Positions 63,232-64,000 of a stretch of 64,000 bases of DNA are shown piece by piece; positions within the stretch are counted from its first letter, which is position 1, and every line of letters begins with the position of its first letter. The translations under genes were made by a program, and so were the position numbers. Source of the stretch: Candidatus Limnocylindria bacterium (GTDB lineage Bacteria; Chloroflexota; Limnocylindria; QHBO01); assembly GCA_036380455.1 (NCBI GenBank), contig DASVEQ010000096.1:21484-85483 (forward strand). The letters run 5' to 3'. The notes beneath the pieces are model-generated. The model saw only the letters and a list, made by a program, of their open reading frames with translations, was not told the origin of the DNA and made no database searches.

Positions 63232-64000
63232 GTGTCCACGTCACTGCCTCGTCCCGCCCTGCCCGCGCGCGCCCGCGCGTTCGCCCTCCTCGTCCTGACC
63301 CTCGCGATTGCCCTCGGCGGACCGACCGCAGCCAGCGCCGCCCCCTCGGCGGCCGCCGTCAGCGCAGAGGTCGCCTTGGCGCTGGAGGCGGCCGTGGCCC
63401 GCGCCGACCGCGCGGTCGGCACGCTCGGCATGGCAGTCGCCGTCGTCGCGGATGACGGTCGGACGTGGGTTGGCTCCCATGGCATCGACGAGGGTGGCCG
63501 GCGGATCGACGCTGCCGCTCCGTTCGTCATCGGCAGCGTGACGAAGACGTTCACCGCCGCGCTCGTGATGGCGCTGGTCGACGAGGGCAGGATTGCGTTG
63601 GACGCGCCGGTCGCGACCTATCTCCCGAACGTTCGCATGGCGCGGGGCGTCACCGTGCGGCAGCTGCTGACCCACACGAGCGGCATCGCCGACCTGTATG
63701 GATCGCGGAAGTGGCATCTCCACAACCGCCCCCACCAGGCATTGACCTCGAACGACGTCCTGTTCTCGATCGGGGCCCGATGGTTCGCGCCCGGGACCGG
63801 GTACGCGTACTCGAATACCAACTACTTCCTGCTCGGGCACATCATCGAGGCCGTGTCGCATCGGACCTTCGCGGAGGAGCTCGAGCGGCGCTTCACGGGG
63901 CCAATGGGTCTCGAGAACACCCGCCTGCTCGGCCCGGAGAGCCCGCTGCTGCCGGCCGCCTGGTCCACCGGCTTCTGGACCTCTGGCGCCATGCAGTCGA
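63232..64000 (+). CDS. Serine hydrolase, beta-lactamase/DD-peptidase (class C-like) family, 3' end outside window
   Basis: This frame is not in the ORF track because no stop lies in the window. The GTG at 63232 has GGAG 11 nt upstream. It has a signal peptide, the SxxK motif FVIGSVTKTF, and later YSNTNY. It runs to the window end. Confidence 0.75.
   Translation, partial: MSTSLPRPALPARARAFALLVLTLAIALGGPTAASAAPSAAAVSAEVALALEAAVARADRAVGTLGMAVAVVADDGRTWVGSHGIDEGGRRIDAAAPFVIGSVTKTFTAALVMALVDEGRIALDAPVATYLPNVRMARGVTVRQLLTHTSGIADLYGSRKWHLHNRPHQALTSNDVLFSIGARWFAPGTGYAYSNTNYFLLGHIIEAVSHRTFAEELERRFTGPMGLENTRLLGPESPLLPAAWSTGFWTSGAMQS

Noticed and set aside
63138-63455. Track ORF of 105 aa starting at the ATG at 63138.
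   Set aside because: It is Arg/Pro-rich junk. A different frame (GTG 63232 onward, open to the window end) encodes a clear signal peptide plus an SxxK serine hydrolase.

Overview
This is a very GC-rich chromosomal segment (about 70% by eye, not computed). I call about 68 protein-coding genes on both strands, densely packed, with many 1-8 nt start/stop overlaps. I recognised no rRNA, tRNA, CRISPR array, transposase or integrase, so it looks like core or accessory metabolism rather than a mobile island.

Gene content, left to right:
- RES/Xre toxin-antitoxin pair, CapA-family lipoprotein and CHRD protein.
- A four-subunit 2-oxoacid:ferredoxin oxidoreductase operon with unusual order, an inserted orphan ORF and a long duplicated C-terminal tail on the beta subunit.
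- Adenosine deaminase, several GNATs, and three luciferase-like (LLM) putative F420-dependent oxidoreductases.
- An acyl-CoA cluster: FdxA ferredoxin, EthD, three enoyl-CoA hydratases (one with a C-terminal zinc ribbon), 3-hydroxyacyl-CoA dehydrogenase and HAD, with a thiolase further on.
- A PotBCD-like ABC importer operon that has no ATPase gene, led by an FAD oxidoreductase and facing an XRE-cupin regulator.
- An OmpR/HK two-component system, an aldehyde dehydrogenase and a GT87-like membrane protein.
- A degenerate secretion-type ATPase next to a ChlI-like AAA+ ATPase.
- A signalling stretch: PAS-GGDEF-EAL protein, polytopic-membrane SARP regulator, ParB-N-like protein and class III cyclase-SHOCT.
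- An ECF sigma factor with a C-terminal extension, in an operon with a cupin-DUF1905-YdeI fusion and an FAD-linked oxidase.
- An LVIVD propeller protein, VapBC, and a partial serine hydrolase.

The LLM enzymes, FdxA, SARP and GT87-like protein suggest an actinobacterial-type (or related high-GC) host. This is inference only.

Most notable non-genic signals:
- A 40-bp AT-cored palindromic promoter/operator present twice, 15 kb apart (34/40 identical).
- A 435-bp intergenic region with three related hairpins.
- A 9-bp tandem repeat giving seven GGGG tracts in the sigma gene 3' region.
- Two 27-bp direct repeats in a divergent promoter region.

All family calls come from reading motifs in the translations. 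No database search was run.
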